The notes beneath the pieces are model-generated. The model did no database searches and was not told the DNA's origin. It was given only the letters and a program-made list of their open reading frames with translations. From positions 16,678,001 to 16,742,000 of the forward strand of contig NC_043020.1 in the NCBI RefSeq assembly GCF_006345805.1: 64,000 nt of DNA. Reading direction: 5' to 3'. A program made the translations under genes and the position numbers. Positions 63,213 to 64,000 of this stretch are shown in pieces. This DNA comes from Octopus sinensis (taxonomy: Eukaryota). Within the stretch, counting starts at the first letter, position 1. The number at the start of each line of letters is the position of its first letter.

Positions 63213-63834
63213 TATATCTATATCTCCTTATAAATGTCCTGAAAACTCTGGCTGTGTTATCTCTTTTGTCTAATATATATATATGTATATGTATATGTAT
63301 ATACATGTATATACATATATATATATATATAATAAAGCTTATATATAAAGAACGTGAAATTCACGAATTGACAAACACGGAAAAACGGACAGTAATTCAG
63401 AGCCTTCATTCTTCAGTCAGAAACCGATTCATCATGGCAAATTTTGGCTGTTTAATTCTGAGATTTGCTCCAAAAAGGCCAGCCCCAAGGCAAAAGCTAA
63501 GCTATGGGCATTAGATTTGCTTGGTAGAAGGAAAGAATGTGACAGCCGAGACGAACAGGAAAACAAGAGACGAAGATAAAATTTACAGTAACGAATAAAA
63601 ACAGGAATGATACGGGGGCGTCATACGACTTTGAGACAAAATGAGACAAAACAATTGATCAGCAGCGTGGGAAGTGGTTACCTTTTCGGTAGAGAAGACG
63701 TGTTGTACGAACGGCTGCCAGCAGTGGAATGGCTTAGCAGTAGTAGGTTTGCAAGAAGGTGAGAGAGAAAGAGAGAGGGGGGATTACACACACACACACA
63801 CATATATATAATATATATATATATACACACACAT

Positions 63835-63879
<45 letters not shown>

Positions 63880-63886
63880 TATATAC

Positions 63887-63939
<53 letters not shown>

Positions 63940-64000
63940 CAGGGGTTGGACAAAATAATGAAAACACCTTAAAATTTCAAACAAATTTATTTTAATATGG
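63940..64000. mobile_element. Tc1-like transposon terminus (runs off the window)
   Basis: TA|CAGGGGTTGGACAAAATAATGAAAACACC resembles a Tc1-type TIR after a (TA)n target. Confidence 0.6.

Noticed and set aside
63385-63430. - strand CUGAAGA...GAAU...GUC
   Set aside because: The GAAA core is broken and there is no stem I pairing. Too weak to call.
1412-63995. Dozens of long YI/CV/HT/SL-rich ORFs (e.g. 1412-2081, 15512-16401, 26336-26946, 60297-61159)
   Set aside because: They are translations of (TA)n, (TG)n, (CA)n and (CT)n microsatellites, not genes.

Overview
AT-rich eukaryotic (metazoan) genomic DNA saturated with (TA)n/(TG)n/(GA)n microsatellites and tRNA-derived SINEs. The repeat landscape looks like an Octopus/coleoid cephalopod genome (inference from repeat types). 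Almost all long ORFs in the supplied track are microsatellite or transposon artefacts. The only host gene I can support is a + strand tomosyn (STXBP5/STXBP5L, WD40 region), present as three consecutive, phase-compatible exons: 25238-25361, 29014-29089 and 55987-56141. Together they read ALRSLSWWSDGKQFMGSHSDGSLTTWNLKTNLKATNITMPHAKPGKDGKLEPCKPIKKIEWKSVRGGEPLIIFSGGMPYDKVGRTPSITVMNGKSITVLEMEHNIVDFVVLCETPWQN. The introns between them are 3.65 kb and 26.9 kb, and the flanking introns run beyond the window. They contain at least four SINE families, RTE/CR1-like LINE ends, a Gypsy RT relic, two mariner derivatives, Tc2-, piggyBac- and hAT-type MITEs, Helitron-like elements and Penelope-like terminal repeats. 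The most notable unannotated signal is a set of type I hammerhead-ribozyme-like folds: one with an intact catalytic core (- strand, 17196-17286) and several variant or decayed ones (+ strand). Also notable are a templated inverted insertion and a fold-back mariner that bracket or adjoin the first exon, and several long intronic hairpins that are candidate ADAR substrates.
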